The translations under genes and the position numbers were made by a program. Source: an archaeon (GTDB lineage Archaea > Iainarchaeota > Iainarchaeia > Iainarchaeales > CSSED10-239). From it: DNA of 5,315 bases. The stretch is from NCBI GenBank assembly GCA_035387745.1, contig DAOOON010000011.1, positions 17,919-23,233 on the forward strand, given 5' to 3'. Shown here one piece after another: positions 5,068-5,315 of the stretch. Below the pieces are notes generated by a model. That model was not told the DNA's origin and did not search any database. It was given only the letters and a program-made list of their open reading frames with translations. How positions within the stretch are numbered: the stretch's first letter is position 1; each line of letters begins with the position of its first letter.

Positions 5068-5315
5068 ATGAAAGACAAAAGAGTAGTTGTTGGTGTTTCT
5101 GGAGGCGCGGATTCTTCTATGGCCTTAGTGGTCTTACAACAGAAAGGCTATACACCAATTGGTGTTTCATTAAAACTTCCAGTTTTTTCAGGCGCAAGTT
5201 GCAAAGACAACTCTTGTTGTACTCCTCAGGCACTTGCGATTGCAAAAGATGTTTGTAAAAAGCTCGGAATTGAATATCACGTGGTTGATGAAAGAAAAAA
5301 CTTTGAAAAAGAAGT
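5068..5315 (+). CDS. mnmA: tRNA-specific 2-thiouridylase, MnmA/TrmU-like PP-loop protein; 5' fragment running off the window end
   Basis: This gene is not in the supplied ORF track because it is truncated. Hand translation from ATG 5068 gives MKDKRVVVGVSGGADSSMALVVLQQKGYTPIGVSLKLPVFSGASCKDNSCCTPQALAIAKDVCKKLGIEYHVVDERKNFEKE with no stop to the window end. 'VVVGVSGGADSS...LL.QKGY.V.G' and 'C(T)....A..VC.KLGI.YH.V' align with what I recall of the E. coli and B. subtilis MnmA N-termini. It starts 9 nt after the thiI stop. Another PP-loop family cannot be excluded from 82 aa. Confidence 0.7.
   Translation, partial: MKDKRVVVGVSGGADSSMALVVLQQKGYTPIGVSLKLPVFSGASCKDNSCCTPQALAIAKDVCKKLGIEYHVVDERKNFEKE

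Noticed and set aside
1-5315. Searched by eye for CRISPR repeats, tRNA or rRNA genes, inverted terminal repeats, transposase or integrase genes and defence-system signatures
   Set aside because: I saw no periodic direct repeats, GC-rich structured-RNA islands or recombinase-like ORFs. All long ORFs are accounted for by core informational, division or surface functions.

Overview
The window is AT-rich (roughly one-third G+C by eye, not computed), very tightly packed and prokaryotic. I infer an archaeal origin because the first gene encodes a NAC (nascent polypeptide-associated complex) protein with NAC and UBA domains, a family found in archaea and eukaryotes but not bacteria. The Lys/Ile/Asn/Glu-rich proteins, 3-9 nt intergenic gaps and overlapping convergent gene ends fit a small-genome archaeon such as a DPANN-type lineage; this is inference only. 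Gene order: nac (+); a 429-aa sequon-rich surface protein of unknown function (-); a divergent promoter with a perfect palindromic TATA element; tRNA-dihydrouridine synthase Dus (+); a two-gene minus-strand operon of sepF plus an uncharacterised 241-aa tail-anchored protein with an internally duplicated domain; then thiI (+) and the 5' part of an mnmA-like gene (+), which is cut by the window edge and absent from the ORF track. I saw no rRNA, tRNA, CRISPR array, transposase or integrase. The best candidate for something undescribed is the sepF-linked tail-anchored protein, a possible new archaeal FtsZ/SepF divisome component. Next come the unusual surface protein and a tRNA-thiolation operon with no visible sulfur donor.
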